DNA of 20,000 nt from an uncultured virus (IMG/VR IMGVR_UViG_3300025687_000036). Lineage: Duplodnaviria > Heunggongvirae > Uroviricota > Caudoviricetes. Positions 8,484 to 16,450 of this stretch are shown in pieces. The stretch lies in IMG/VR virus record IMGVR_UViG_3300025687_000036, one strand, 5' to 3'. Numbering within the stretch: the first letter of the stretch is position 1; every line of letters starts with the position of its first letter. The notes below the pieces were generated by a model that was given only the letters and a program-made list of their open reading frames with translations, had not been told where the DNA came from and searched no databases. The position numbers and the translations under genes were made by a program.

Positions 8484-8664
8484 CGACATCGAGGTTTCCG
8501 AGTTCGAGGCTCGCGGTGGCGACGACTCGCCTCCGCTGGTCAACAAGGTGGCCGACCCGCCGCCGGCGGGATGGGGAAAACTCACCGGCACGGCGAGGAC
8601 GCTGTCTCCGGCATATCTGCGATTCTTAAGCAAGGGCATGGAGGCTGACGGTGGACATCGATGA
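8470..8664 (+). CDS. Hypothetical protein
   Basis: Overlaps its neighbours in operon fashion. Confidence 0.5.
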   Translation: MDRPNDIEVSEFEARGGDDSPPLVNKVADPPPAGWGKLTGTARTLSPAYLRFLSKGMEADGGHR

Positions 8665-8947
8665 CGACGAAGAACTGTACGGCGCCGGCTTCCCGTTGCT
8701 GGAGAAGTTGAAACTCCTCGCCGAGTGGGCTCCGCTCATTTCGCAGTTGCAGGCCATCGGCGCGGCGAAGACGCCGCACGATCAAGCCGTCGCGCTCGTG
8801 CGGACGCTCCAGTGGGCCGCCGGCAAGAGCATGAACACCATCGACGACGAGGCGCTCGAGCACGTCGAGGCGGTGCTGGCGACGCCGGAAGGCAAGGCGG
8901 CCTTCGAGTGGGCCTACAGCAAGATCAGCGGCGGAGAACAGGCATGA
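8651..8947 (+). CDS. Hypothetical protein
   Basis: GGAGG RBS then GTG; helical protein with NTIDDEALE..EA.L.TPEG. Confidence 0.65.
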   Translation: MDIDDDEELYGAGFPLLEKLKLLAEWAPLISQLQAIGAAKTPHDQAVALVRTLQWAAGKSMNTIDDEALEHVEAVLATPEGKAAFEWAYSKISGGEQA

Positions 8948-9216
8948 CGGCGAGTCAGATCATCGCGATTGCGGCGGCGTTCGCCGTCGCCTTCTGGCCC
9001 CAGATTTACGCAGCCGCCGAAACGGCGATCGGCTGGGCGTTCTCCGATGACGGAGATCATCCGCCGGCGAAGTTGCTGGGACCGACATACAAGGAAGCGA
9101 TCAGTGCCTTGGCGAGCGTTCGCCTCCGGCTTCGCTCCACGAATTGTCTCGACGACGACCGCAAGAAGGCGATCGACGTCCTGACGCTTGGCCTCGTGGA
9201 CGGATCAGACCAATGA
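8944..9216 (+). CDS. Small membrane-anchored protein
   Basis: ATGA start; N-terminal hydrophobic IIAIAAAFAVAFWP. Confidence 0.65.
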   Translation: MTASQIIAIAAAFAVAFWPQIYAAAETAIGWAFSDDGDHPPAKLLGPTYKEAISALASVRLRLRSTNCLDDDRKKAIDVLTLGLVDGSDQ

Positions 9217-9701
9217 GCAGCCCGTGGGTGAGGCTCGTCGTGGCCGCCGTGATCCTTGTTTTTGCCTGGCGCGGGTCGATCCTCGACGTGTCTTGGCCTC
9301 CGTCGCCAGCGGAAGTCATCGACGGGCCGGCGCCTGACAAGAGGCTCCTGGCGTGGGCCGAACCGCTGCGGCCGATCGTCGGAAAGATGCTGCCTTCCGA
9401 CAGGGAGTACCTGGCAAACTTCTACGACGCGATGAGTTTCGTGATTCTTCGCGATGGCAAGCGCGATGACCCGATCGTGTCGACGACGGAGAAGTTCGCG
9501 ACGTTTCATGCAGGGTCGCTGCGACTGGCGATCGACAAGGAAAACGTCGGGAAGTACCCCGGCCTCGCTGCCGCCATCGACGAGGTCTTTATGAGGGCCG
9601 GCGGCCCCGAGGTGAAGTCGATCGACACCGACACCAGAGATGCGCTGGTGGCTGCCTGCCAGGTGCTGTCTTGGACATTCTCGATCCATCGCGATGAGTG
9701 A
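9213..9701 (+). CDS. Membrane-anchored or exported protein
   Basis: ATGA start; WVRLVVAAVILVFAW N-terminal TM followed by a Pro-rich linker. Confidence 0.7.
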   Translation: MSSPWVRLVVAAVILVFAWRGSILDVSWPPSPAEVIDGPAPDKRLLAWAEPLRPIVGKMLPSDREYLANFYDAMSFVILRDGKRDDPIVSTTEKFATFHAGSLRLAIDKENVGKYPGLAAAIDEVFMRAGGPEVKSIDTDTRDALVAACQVLSWTFSIHRDE

Positions 9702-10698
9702 ATTCAACCCGCTCCTCGAGTACGACCGCGGCTTGCGGGGGGCGACACTCGACCCTCGCGAGGACGAACTCCTCGTCGACTCGATCCTTCGGCATGGCGG
9801 AGACCCCGATGGCGACCACGTCGCGCATCACTGGGACTTCGCTGATTCGGCGAAAGGCAAACTGGTCCCACGCTGGGAGAACGTCATGCGGGAGTGGCCC
9901 GGCTGCTGGCCCGGTCCGCCGCAATCGAGAGGCGACTGCGTTTCACACGCCATCCTTCGGGCCGCGCTGTTGTCGTGGACTTGCGAGATTCAGGACGGCC
10001 GCCACGACGAAGTCACCGGCAAGATCGAGGGGAAGCCCGAGGTCTCCGACGTCGGCATCCGAAACAGCGTTCTCTCGAGCGAGGCGATCTACTGGCATCG
10101 CGGCCACAATGGCGATGGGTGGACGTGCAGTTCCGCAGCCCGCGCCATCACGACCGACGCCGGCATCTGGCTGAGACAGAACTACCCCGAGATCGGCATC
10201 GACCTGACGCGATACAACGGCACCATCGCCGGCCGCTGGGGTGCTCGGAAGCCGCCGGAGGAAGTGATCGCGATCGGCCGTGAGCACCTCGTCCGCACGG
10301 CGACGGTGGTCAAGAGCGTCGAGGCGATGCGCGACCTGCTCTACCAGGGCTACGGCGTCTTCTTCTGCTCAATGCTCAAGTGGTCGAGCACCCGCGATGA
10401 CAACGGCTACTCGCCGGTCGTCGTTGGATCGTGGGCTCATGCCCAAGGGATCGTCGGTTACGACGATCGCCCTGAGACGGTGAGCATCTACGGGGAGCCA
10501 CTGGCCTGCGTTCAGAACTCCTGGGGCCGATGGAACTCAGGCCCGCGAACCGTCCGCGGGACGAACTTCGAGATTCCAGAGGGCGCCTACTGGACGAAGG
10601 CGTCGACGATCCTGCGAGGGCAGGCGATTGCACTGTCGAGCGTGGCCGGCTGGCCGGCGAGGAAGCTGCCGAACTACGGTGCGGAGGGAAATGTATGA
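9694..10698 (+). CDS. Papain-like (C1 family) cysteine peptidase
   Basis: Q-x-x-G-D-C-V-S-H (oxyanion Q plus catalytic C), WAHAQGIVGYDD (catalytic H), VQNSWG (catalytic N). Confidence 0.85.
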   Translation: MSEFNPLLEYDRGLRGATLDPREDELLVDSILRHGGDPDGDHVAHHWDFADSAKGKLVPRWENVMREWPGCWPGPPQSRGDCVSHAILRAALLSWTCEIQDGRHDEVTGKIEGKPEVSDVGIRNSVLSSEAIYWHRGHNGDGWTCSSAARAITTDAGIWLRQNYPEIGIDLTRYNGTIAGRWGARKPPEEVIAIGREHLVRTATVVKSVEAMRDLLYQGYGVFFCSMLKWSSTRDDNGYSPVVVGSWAHAQGIVGYDDRPETVSIYGEPLACVQNSWGRWNSGPRTVRGTNFEIPEGAYWTKASTILRGQAIALSSVAGWPARKLPNYGAEGNV

Positions 10699-11066
10699 AG
10701 CCCGACGTCGTCGCTGACGCCACCGGCGTCATCCTGCTTGCCACCGTGGCCGCGCTGCCGATGTCGTGCGTCCCATCGCTGCCGGCGGCCCAGAGGGTGA
10801 ACCTTCAGCCGCTGGTTGCCACGGCCGGGGCATACAGCGTCATGGAAGGCGAGCGCTCGAGCCCGACGCCTGCTCCCGTTCCCACGGTCGGGTGCGAGGA
10901 AGGATGCGAATGCAACGGCAGCGGCAAGGAGCCCAGCGGCGACGGCCTGGCGATCGTCAATTGCCGCTGCCCAGAGACCTGCGCCTGCAAGGCGAACAAG
11001 GCGCCGCCGGCCCACACGTCTGCCGAGGGGACGCCGGGATGGCCGCCACGAAATTTAGTCCCCTGA
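10695..11066 (+). CDS. Exported or possible lipoprotein with a Cys-rich zinc-finger-like domain
   Basis: ATGA start; hydrophobic VILLATVAALPMSC; Pro-rich linker; CEEGCECNGSG..GDG..CRCPETCAC. Confidence 0.6.
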   Translation: MKPDVVADATGVILLATVAALPMSCVPSLPAAQRVNLQPLVATAGAYSVMEGERSSPTPAPVPTVGCEEGCECNGSGKEPSGDGLAIVNCRCPETCACKANKAPPAHTSAEGTPGWPPRNLVP

Positions 11067-11350
11067 AAGCCTGGGTGCTCCGGCGGGCGCCGATGCGCGT
11101 TTCGCTGCACGGGGCTCTTCGCGATCGGCTCGTCGAGCACATCGTCGAGGACTGGCCGGCCGGCTGCCCGCCAGACCGCATCGAGGAGGTCGTCCGCGCT
11201 CGCATGGCCGTCAGGCTCCGCGAGCAGTACGGAAGCGTCATTGCGGTGTTCATCCTGTCTGCCCTCGCGAACATCCTGATCCGCCTGGTCGTCGAGTGGT
11301 GGTTTGCCCACGAGGCCAACCGCGTCCTCATGGCCGAATGGTCTCGCTGA
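11039..11350 (+). CDS. Membrane protein with a C-terminal TM helix
   Basis: YGSVIAVFILSALANILIRLVVEWWF; coupled by TGATG to the HNH gene. Confidence 0.65.
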   Translation: MAATKFSPLKAWVLRRAPMRVSLHGALRDRLVEHIVEDWPAGCPPDRIEEVVRARMAVRLREQYGSVIAVFILSALANILIRLVVEWWFAHEANRVLMAEWSR

Positions 11351-11652
11351 TGCCTCGTCGCGTTCCCACCTACCGGCCACCTTGGATTCCCGCTCGTCAA
11401 GAGAACCGCCCCACGTCCTCCCAGAGGGGCTACGGGTCGGCAGCCTGGCAGCGTGTCCGTCTGGCCGTGATCGCCCGCGACGGCGGCGTCTGCCGCTCCT
11501 GCGGGCTCGTCATCCACAAGGCCGGCGACGCCCACGTCGATCACATCCTCGAGAAGCCGACCGACGAGGCCGCCGAGGCGACGCCGCTTTCCGGCCTCCA
11601 GCTTCTGTGCCGATCCTGTCACGCGAAGAAGACGAAGGCGTCATCCTCCTGA
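11350..11652 (+). CDS. HNH endonuclease, terminase-associated (HK97 gp74-like) type
   Basis: MP.R..., RGY..AW..R..V..RD..CRSC, HVDHI, LQLLCRSCHAKKT. Confidence 0.9.
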   Translation: MPRRVPTYRPPWIPARQENRPTSSQRGYGSAAWQRVRLAVIARDGGVCRSCGLVIHKAGDAHVDHILEKPTDEAAEATPLSGLQLLCRSCHAKKTKASSS

Positions 11653-11937
11653 CTTCCTGCGACTCCTCCTGGCCGCGTTGGCGGCCTTCTGGGTGCCGCC
11701 CTTGAAGCCGCAGGCCAGAGCAAGTTTGTGCCGCCGGTCGGTGCCAAATGGGTAGGTGCGCTCCTTGACCTGCTCGATCATCTTCCTGACGACGAGCCGC
11801 TTCCCAAAGATGACGGTCGTGACCTGGATGCCTTCGCCCTCGGCCGCTTCGATGGCCCGGTAGAGCGACCGCAGGGAGCAGCCGATCACGGCCTTCGCTT
11901 CCTCGAACGTCAGGTAGTCGTCTGTGTCGATCTTCAT
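11641..11937 (-). CDS. Excisionase/MerR-like HTH DNA-binding protein
   Basis: YLTFEEAKAVIGCSLRSLYRAI...FGKRLV; basic C-terminus. Confidence 0.75.
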   Translation of the reverse strand: MKIDTDDYLTFEEAKAVIGCSLRSLYRAIEAAEGEGIQVTTVIFGKRLVVRKMIEQVKERTYPFGTDRRHKLALACGFKGGTQKAANAARRSRRKSGG

Positions 11938-12236
11938 CGCCTCACCGCTCCTATGAATGCGTCCCCTAAGTCAACGAACGCCTCTCCAATCCTCCGCAGG
12001 GGCCGGTCGGCCTGCTGCTGCACGACAATTTGATGCACCGGGGCCGCCTGCGGCAACGGCTGCTGCCAGCCGTTTGCCACGGGCGGGGGCTGCCACGCCG
12101 GCTGCTGCCACCCGCCGGTTGCCACGGCCGGGGGTGCCGGCGCCGCCGCCGGCCGCTCCGCGAGCACCTCGCGGAGCAGCACGACGACGACGACGACCAG
12201 CACGGCCCGCCAGGTGTCACGCACGATGCCGATCAT
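11934..12236 (-). CDS. Membrane protein with Pro/Gln-rich repeats
   Basis: AVLVVVVVVLL TM; duplicated PPxVAxGWQQP; ATGA overlaps. Confidence 0.7.
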   Translation of the reverse strand: MIGIVRDTWRAVLVVVVVVLLREVLAERPAAAPAPPAVATGGWQQPAWQPPPVANGWQQPLPQAAPVHQIVVQQQADRPLRRIGEAFVDLGDAFIGAVRR

Positions 12237-12511
12237 GCCGCGATGCCCTCCCCCGCACGCAGCCTCTTGACGACCGCGCGGCAGTTGGCCGCGTACTCCG
12301 CGGCGTAGCCGTGGAGCGTCTCCTCGACGACCGCCACGGCCTCCTCGCGAGTCTCCACGACCCGCTCGCCCATGAACTCATAGAGCGGCTCGACGCGCCC
12401 CGACGCCAGGTGCCGGTAGAGCGTCTGCTCGCCGTGCTGCACCGGCTCGACCTCATCGACCACAACCAACGGCCTCCCGTCGCTTCCTCGGTATGCCTTC
12501 GCGATCCACAT
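12233..12511 (-). CDS. Hypothetical protein
   Basis: GAGGAGG RBS before ATG at 12511 (MWIAKAY...). Confidence 0.7.
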   Translation of the reverse strand: MWIAKAYRGSDGRPLVVVDEVEPVQHGEQTLYRHLASGRVEPLYEFMGERVVETREEAVAVVEETLHGYAAEYAANCRAVVKRLRAGEGIAA

Positions 12512-12578
12512 CTCGCACCTCCTCACTGGTTGCCACGCACCGGGGCCGCACCGTGCAGCCCGCGATGTCGCGGCGAGT

Positions 12579-12607
12579 AGCCTAGCGTTGTCTCTGCCTG
12601 CCGTCTA
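12579..12607 (-). promoter_or_regulatory. Possible sigma70-type promoter
   Basis: TAGACG-N17-TAGGCT, with the -35 overlapping the upstream stop; followed by a hairpin and the 16-bp motif leader. Confidence 0.3.
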
Positions 12608-12796
12608 ATCGTCGCCACGACGCTTCCGCCGTGAGCGTTTCTGCCGTCGTTTCTCCTGCCTCCTCCGCTCCATCTCCTCGATCGCCGCCGCCGCCACGCG
12701 ATGCATGGCCGCCTCGGCATCGCGACGCGAGGCCAGGCCGGATTCGACGAGGAACGAGAGCCATCCGGCTTCGTATGGGGTGACGCGGTTGGTCAT
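12605..12796 (-). CDS. Hypothetical protein with a basic C-terminus
   Basis: AAGGAGG RBS, ATGA overlap; MTNRVTPYEAGW... Confidence 0.65.
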   Translation of the reverse strand: MTNRVTPYEAGWLSFLVESGLASRRDAEAAMHRVAAAAIEEMERRRQEKRRQKRSRRKRRGDD

Positions 12797-13092
12797 TTCC
12801 TGCCTCCTTTCTGCGTCGGAAGCGAATCCAGCCACCGCGACATAATCGACTCGGTGCATTCGGACGGCAACCAGTGGGTAGCATCGCCCAGGCCGTACCC
12901 AGCGATTTTCTCCAGTTTTTCGATGGCGGAAAAGTAGGCGTCCGCGAAGGCCGGCGGGCAGTCTAGTCCGCTGTCTCGGTCGAGATGCCGCAGCCCGGTC
13001 TCCTGCATGGCGGCTTCTTCACGATCCGCCATAAAGGACACAACTGCATCCAGCAGTGCGGATGCTTCGTCTCTGGTCAGTTTGGTTTTCAT
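12793..13092 (-). CDS. Hypothetical protein, paralog of 13547-13819
   Basis: MKTKLTRDEA...ETGLRHLDRDSGLDCP..AYFSAI. Confidence 0.75.
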   Translation of the reverse strand: MKTKLTRDEASALLDAVVSFMADREEAAMQETGLRHLDRDSGLDCPPAFADAYFSAIEKLEKIAGYGLGDATHWLPSECTESIMSRWLDSLPTQKGGRK

Positions 13093-13511
13093 TTCTGCAC
13101 CTTTCGTTCCGCCGGACGGGCCGTCCCCTTGCACTCGATGACCTCGCACCCCTCGGCGATCGCCCGCTTCGTCCACGCCTCGGCCTGCCGGCGGGACCGG
13201 AACTCGATCACCTCGGCCAGGTCGGTGTTGCTACTGGCAGCCCACCGCATGAGTTCCTTGCCGGCGGGCGTGTTCGCGACCGACTCTATGGCCGCCGGCA
13301 GCCGCCAGAAGAGCACGATGCCCTCCTGCTTCAGCGGCTTGCAGTGGCAGTCCTGCTTCCGCAGTTTCTTCGCCTTCGCCACCGCGTCGCGGTAGCGGTG
13401 GAACCGCTCCACGTCATCGCTCGCCGGCCGGCGCCGGTCGAGCGGCTCCCAGTCGCCATCGTGCCGGCGGGCGTGTTTCACGCCGATGTCGGTGATAATC
13501 CAGTAGATCAT
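13089..13511 (-). CDS. Hypothetical protein
   Basis: GAGGAGAGG RBS before ATG 13511 (MIYWIITD...). Confidence 0.65.
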   Translation of the reverse strand: MIYWIITDIGVKHARRHDGDWEPLDRRRPASDDVERFHRYRDAVAKAKKLRKQDCHCKPLKQEGIVLFWRLPAAIESVANTPAGKELMRWAASSNTDLAEVIEFRSRRQAEAWTKRAIAEGCEVIECKGTARPAERKVQK

Positions 13512-13546
13512 CGTTCCTCTCCTCGTTTCGTGGTTGGTTCTTCTAA

Positions 13547-13819
13547 TCAATCAAGTCGTTCGATCGCATCGACCAGCTCCGAGGCATCGCATTTCTCCGG
13601 CTCCCAGTACTCGGCAGCCGACATATCGCATTCGGCGATTTCCTCGAGCCCGGCGATCGCCGAGAAGTACGCGGCAGCATGCGCTCGAGGGCAGTCCAGG
13701 TGGGTATCGCGGTCGAATTGCCGCAGCCCCGTCTCCCGCATCCCCTGCTCGTCCCGGTCTGTGCCGAATGAGTTGATCGCGCACAGCAGTGCGTACGCCT
13801 GCTCCTTGCTCAGTGTCAT
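13547..13819 (-). CDS. Hypothetical protein, paralog of 12793-13092
   Basis: MTLSKEQA...ETGLRQFDRDTHLDCP..AYFSAI; GAGGAGAGG RBS. Confidence 0.75.
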   Translation of the reverse strand: MTLSKEQAYALLCAINSFGTDRDEQGMRETGLRQFDRDTHLDCPRAHAAAYFSAIAGLEEIAECDMSAAEYWEPEKCDASELVDAIERLD

Positions 13820-13888
13820 CGTCCTCTCCTCGTTTCGCCGCACGGGGCGGCAGGGTTGAATCGGTCCACTGGTTGACACGGGGCGGGG

Positions 13889-14284
13889 TCAGTCACGCCA
13901 ATGCTCAAGCGCATCGTCCTCGGTCTCGAACGGGCCGCCAGCATCCACGCCGCGGACGTACACGTACCATCCGGTGCCCTCGACTGCCCTCTGCTCACAA
14001 CGAGCGACAACCGGCGGCTCGGCCCGCCCCTCGTCGGCATCGATCGTCCAGCCGCCAGCGCGGGCCTCGTCCTCGGGGATCATCACCTCGTCGTCCACGT
14101 TGAGGTATCCGGCCTCGTCACCAACGATTCGACCAGTGAGTCGGCCGTGTCGGTCGATCTCAGGCCAGCAACCGTCCCACGTACAGCCGTCCTGAAAAAT
14201 CTCGTTCCACTCCCGACTCTTGTAGTGCAGGCCGGCTCCGGCCTCGCACCGCCGCTCGTCGGTCATCTCGCTGAATGGTCGCAT
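13889..14284 (-). CDS. Acidic hypothetical protein
   Basis: GAGGAG RBS in the repeat leader; MRPFSEM...GPFETEDDAL. Confidence 0.7.
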   Translation of the reverse strand: MRPFSEMTDERRCEAGAGLHYKSREWNEIFQDGCTWDGCWPEIDRHGRLTGRIVGDEAGYLNVDDEVMIPEDEARAGGWTIDADEGRAEPPVVARCEQRAVEGTGWYVYVRGVDAGGPFETEDDALEHWRD

Positions 14285-14289
14285 CGTCG

Positions 14290-14655
14290 TCTCCTCATGT
14301 TTCGCCGGACGGTGCCGGCTGGTTTCCTCGGTCGGGGGCCACCGCGGCCCGCCCCTCGCCGGCGCCCGAGGGCGGCGCCGGAACCAGGGCGGGTCGTCAC
14401 GCCGCGGCATCCGCCTCCGCAAACTCCATCGCCTCGCGTCGGGTCGAAAACTCCCGCGACCAGACCGCGATGCCGCCCTTGACCAACGCCGCCACCCAGC
14501 GTCGGCCGTTCGCCCGCCTCACCGACCAATGGCCGACCGGAGCATCGAGCAGCATCGCACCGGCACCGTGGCCGGCATCTTCGCTTTTCACCCATCGCCG
14601 TGTCGTCGTGTCCATCTTCGCTCTCCTCATGTTTCGCCGGACGGTGCCGGCTGGT
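14290..14655. repeat. Identical 34-bp direct repeat pair (14290-14323, 14622-14655) forming two gene leaders
   Basis: tctcctcatgtttcgccggacggtgccggctggt read at both positions. Confidence 0.9.
14397..14615 (-). CDS. Hypothetical protein
   Basis: RBS in the repeat leader; MDTTTRRW...FSTRREAMEFAE. Confidence 0.7.
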   Translation of the reverse strand: MDTTTRRWVKSEDAGHGAGAMLLDAPVGHWSVRRANGRRWVAALVKGGIAVWSREFSTRREAMEFAEADAAA

Positions 14656-14686
14656 GTCGGTCGATCCACTGGCTGCCACGCTCCGG

Positions 14687-15040
14687 TCACGCGACCGGGT
14701 CGATGATCCCATGCCTCACCATCCAGAGACGCAGGCCGGCACGGTGCCTCTGAACCGCCGTCGTGTCGAGCTGCCACTGGTCATCCTCGCGGCGGCAGCA
14801 GTCGTGCGCAGCCTGCCAGAGGCCGTACTGCTCGGCCCACTCTTGGTCGCAGCCGACAGGGTCGCCCTCGCCGCCGGCCACTCGCTCGACGGTTGCCTCG
14901 GCCACTCCATCGCAGATCGCCGCCGCCGCCTGGCGGTAGACGACGGCAAAGTCGTCAGCCTCGTCAGCCGACAAGCCAGCCGCCACCAAGTCGAGCTCCG
15001 CGTTCAGCAGGATCGTCACGTCTGGAAGTATCGTCGTCAT
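14687..15040 (-). CDS. Hypothetical protein
   Basis: GAGGAG RBS; MTTILPD... Confidence 0.7.
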   Translation of the reverse strand: MTTILPDVTILLNAELDLVAAGLSADEADDFAVVYRQAAAAICDGVAEATVERVAGGEGDPVGCDQEWAEQYGLWQAAHDCCRREDDQWQLDTTAVQRHRAGLRLWMVRHGIIDPVA

Positions 15041-15145
15041 CGCATCTCTCCTCGCTTCTGGGGTTTCCACGCTCCGGGGCCGCGCCGGCCCGCCCGTCGC
15101 CCCCGGAGCCGGCGTCTCGCCGGGCGGGGGTTGCGGGCGGGTCGC

Positions 15146-15382
15146 TCACTTGCCGCTCCACACTGGCTTCGTTCCTGTCAGGCTTGCGATCTCTTGCGCG
15201 AGTTCCTTCGTGAACGTCCAGTAAACCGGATGGTGGATCACATTCGACCCCTTCCGGCACTTGTCGCCGGTCGAGATGTTGACGGCGCAGCCGTCTTCCA
15301 GAAAACGAACAGGAGCGCCCTCGCCCATCGGAACCATGCGGCTCTTGATCGACTCAATTTGCTCTTGTGTCAGGATCGTCAT
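15146..15382 (-). CDS. Hypothetical protein
   Basis: GAGGAG RBS; leader shares 20 identical bp with the 15040 leader. Confidence 0.7.
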   Translation of the reverse strand: MTILTQEQIESIKSRMVPMGEGAPVRFLEDGCAVNISTGDKCRKGSNVIHHPVYWTFTKELAQEIASLTGTKPVWSGK

Positions 15383-15466
15383 CGCATCTCTCCTCTCGTT
15401 CCCCCATCCGGGGGTCTGGTGAAATCATCCTCTAGTCGAGCCGCCGCGGCAACGAGCCGGGGCGGG

Positions 15467-15826
15467 TCAGGCACACTCAGCACACAGCCGCTCTGGGCTG
15501 CAAATGACCGGAAAAAACCAACTCAGCCCCAGCCGCCCGCACTGGTCGCATCGGTACAGCTTGCCGTCAGGCAGGCACCCGCGGGCATCCTCGATCGCCT
15601 GCCGCAGCCCCTCGCGGGCCTGCTCGTCCTCCAGGCTGCCGGCGAGCCGCTCGGCCACGTCGATCGCCAGGGCCGGCATCTTCCGCCTGCCGCGGTAGGT
15701 GTCGACCTCGACCCAGACCAGCGGCACGTCGTGGCCGGCGGCCCGCCAGGCCCGCACCTCCTCGGCATCGGCCATGACGGCGCCCGCCTCGGCCATTTCG
15801 ATCATCGCGTTTGAAACGTATCCCAT
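15467..15826 (-). CDS. Hypothetical protein with a C-terminal zinc-finger-like motif
   Basis: GGAGG RBS; CDQC...C....CAEC. Confidence 0.7.
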   Translation of the reverse strand: MGYVSNAMIEMAEAGAVMADAEEVRAWRAAGHDVPLVWVEVDTYRGRRKMPALAIDVAERLAGSLEDEQAREGLRQAIEDARGCLPDGKLYRCDQCGRLGLSWFFPVICSPERLCAECA

Positions 15827-15899
15827 CGCCGCGTTCCTCCACTCGGGGTCATCGTTTCCACGATCGGGCCACGCGGCCCGATCTCTCCTTCTGTCGCAT

Positions 15900-15927
15900 A
15901 TCCTAGCATCGGCATAGTGTCTGTCAA
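15900..15927 (-). promoter_or_regulatory. Strong sigma70-type promoter
   Basis: TTGACA-N16-TAGGAT with an extended TGn; the -35 overlaps the TGA stop of the upstream gene. Confidence 0.7.
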
Positions 15928-16220
15928 CCTGAAATCCTTCTGGTCACCCGATACGGTCTCGCCACCAAGCCAGGCACCGGCGACCGCCGCCGGCCCTCGA
16001 CGTGCAGGAGCGCCCAACCCTCGGCACCGTGTGCGAGGAGATAGACGCGGCTGCGCCGCCGGATGACCTCGGCGAGCCGGAACGTGCCCCGGGCGGCCAG
16101 TGGGATGCGCCGGCCGTCGTGGCATCGGTAGTACGGGCCGGCGGAGACCTTGAACCTGTCGCCCGGCACCAGGACGACACGGGGACTGATTCGGTAGCCG
16201 GTTTCGCTGGCCGGGGTCAT
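15924..16220 (-). CDS. Basic hypothetical protein
   Basis: AAGGAGGT RBS, ATGA overlap; MTPASETGY... Confidence 0.7.
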   Translation of the reverse strand: MTPASETGYRISPRVVLVPGDRFKVSAGPYYRCHDGRRIPLAARGTFRLAEVIRRRSRVYLLAHGAEGWALLHVEGRRRSPVPGLVARPYRVTRRISG

Positions 16221-16450
16221 GTGGCACCTCCTTCGATGACGCGAACGTCTGACACGGTCGCGTTGTGCTCGATGTTCCGCCGGGCTCGTTGGACCGCCTC
16301 GGCCTCTGCCTCGGCCAGCACCTGCTCTTCGGTGGCCGCCGGATCGACCAGCATCCAGAACCGCCCGGTGCCGCTCGTCCATGCGTGGAGGTGGCCGCCA
16401 GCGGCGTCATATTCCACGCGGACGCGCTTGTAATGCGTCATCGCGGTCAT
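16217..16450 (-). CDS. Hypothetical protein
   Basis: AAGGAGGT RBS; ATGA overlaps at both ends. Confidence 0.7.
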   Translation of the reverse strand: MTAMTHYKRVRVEYDAAGGHLHAWTSGTGRFWMLVDPAATEEQVLAEAEAEAVQRARRNIEHNATVSDVRVIEGGAT

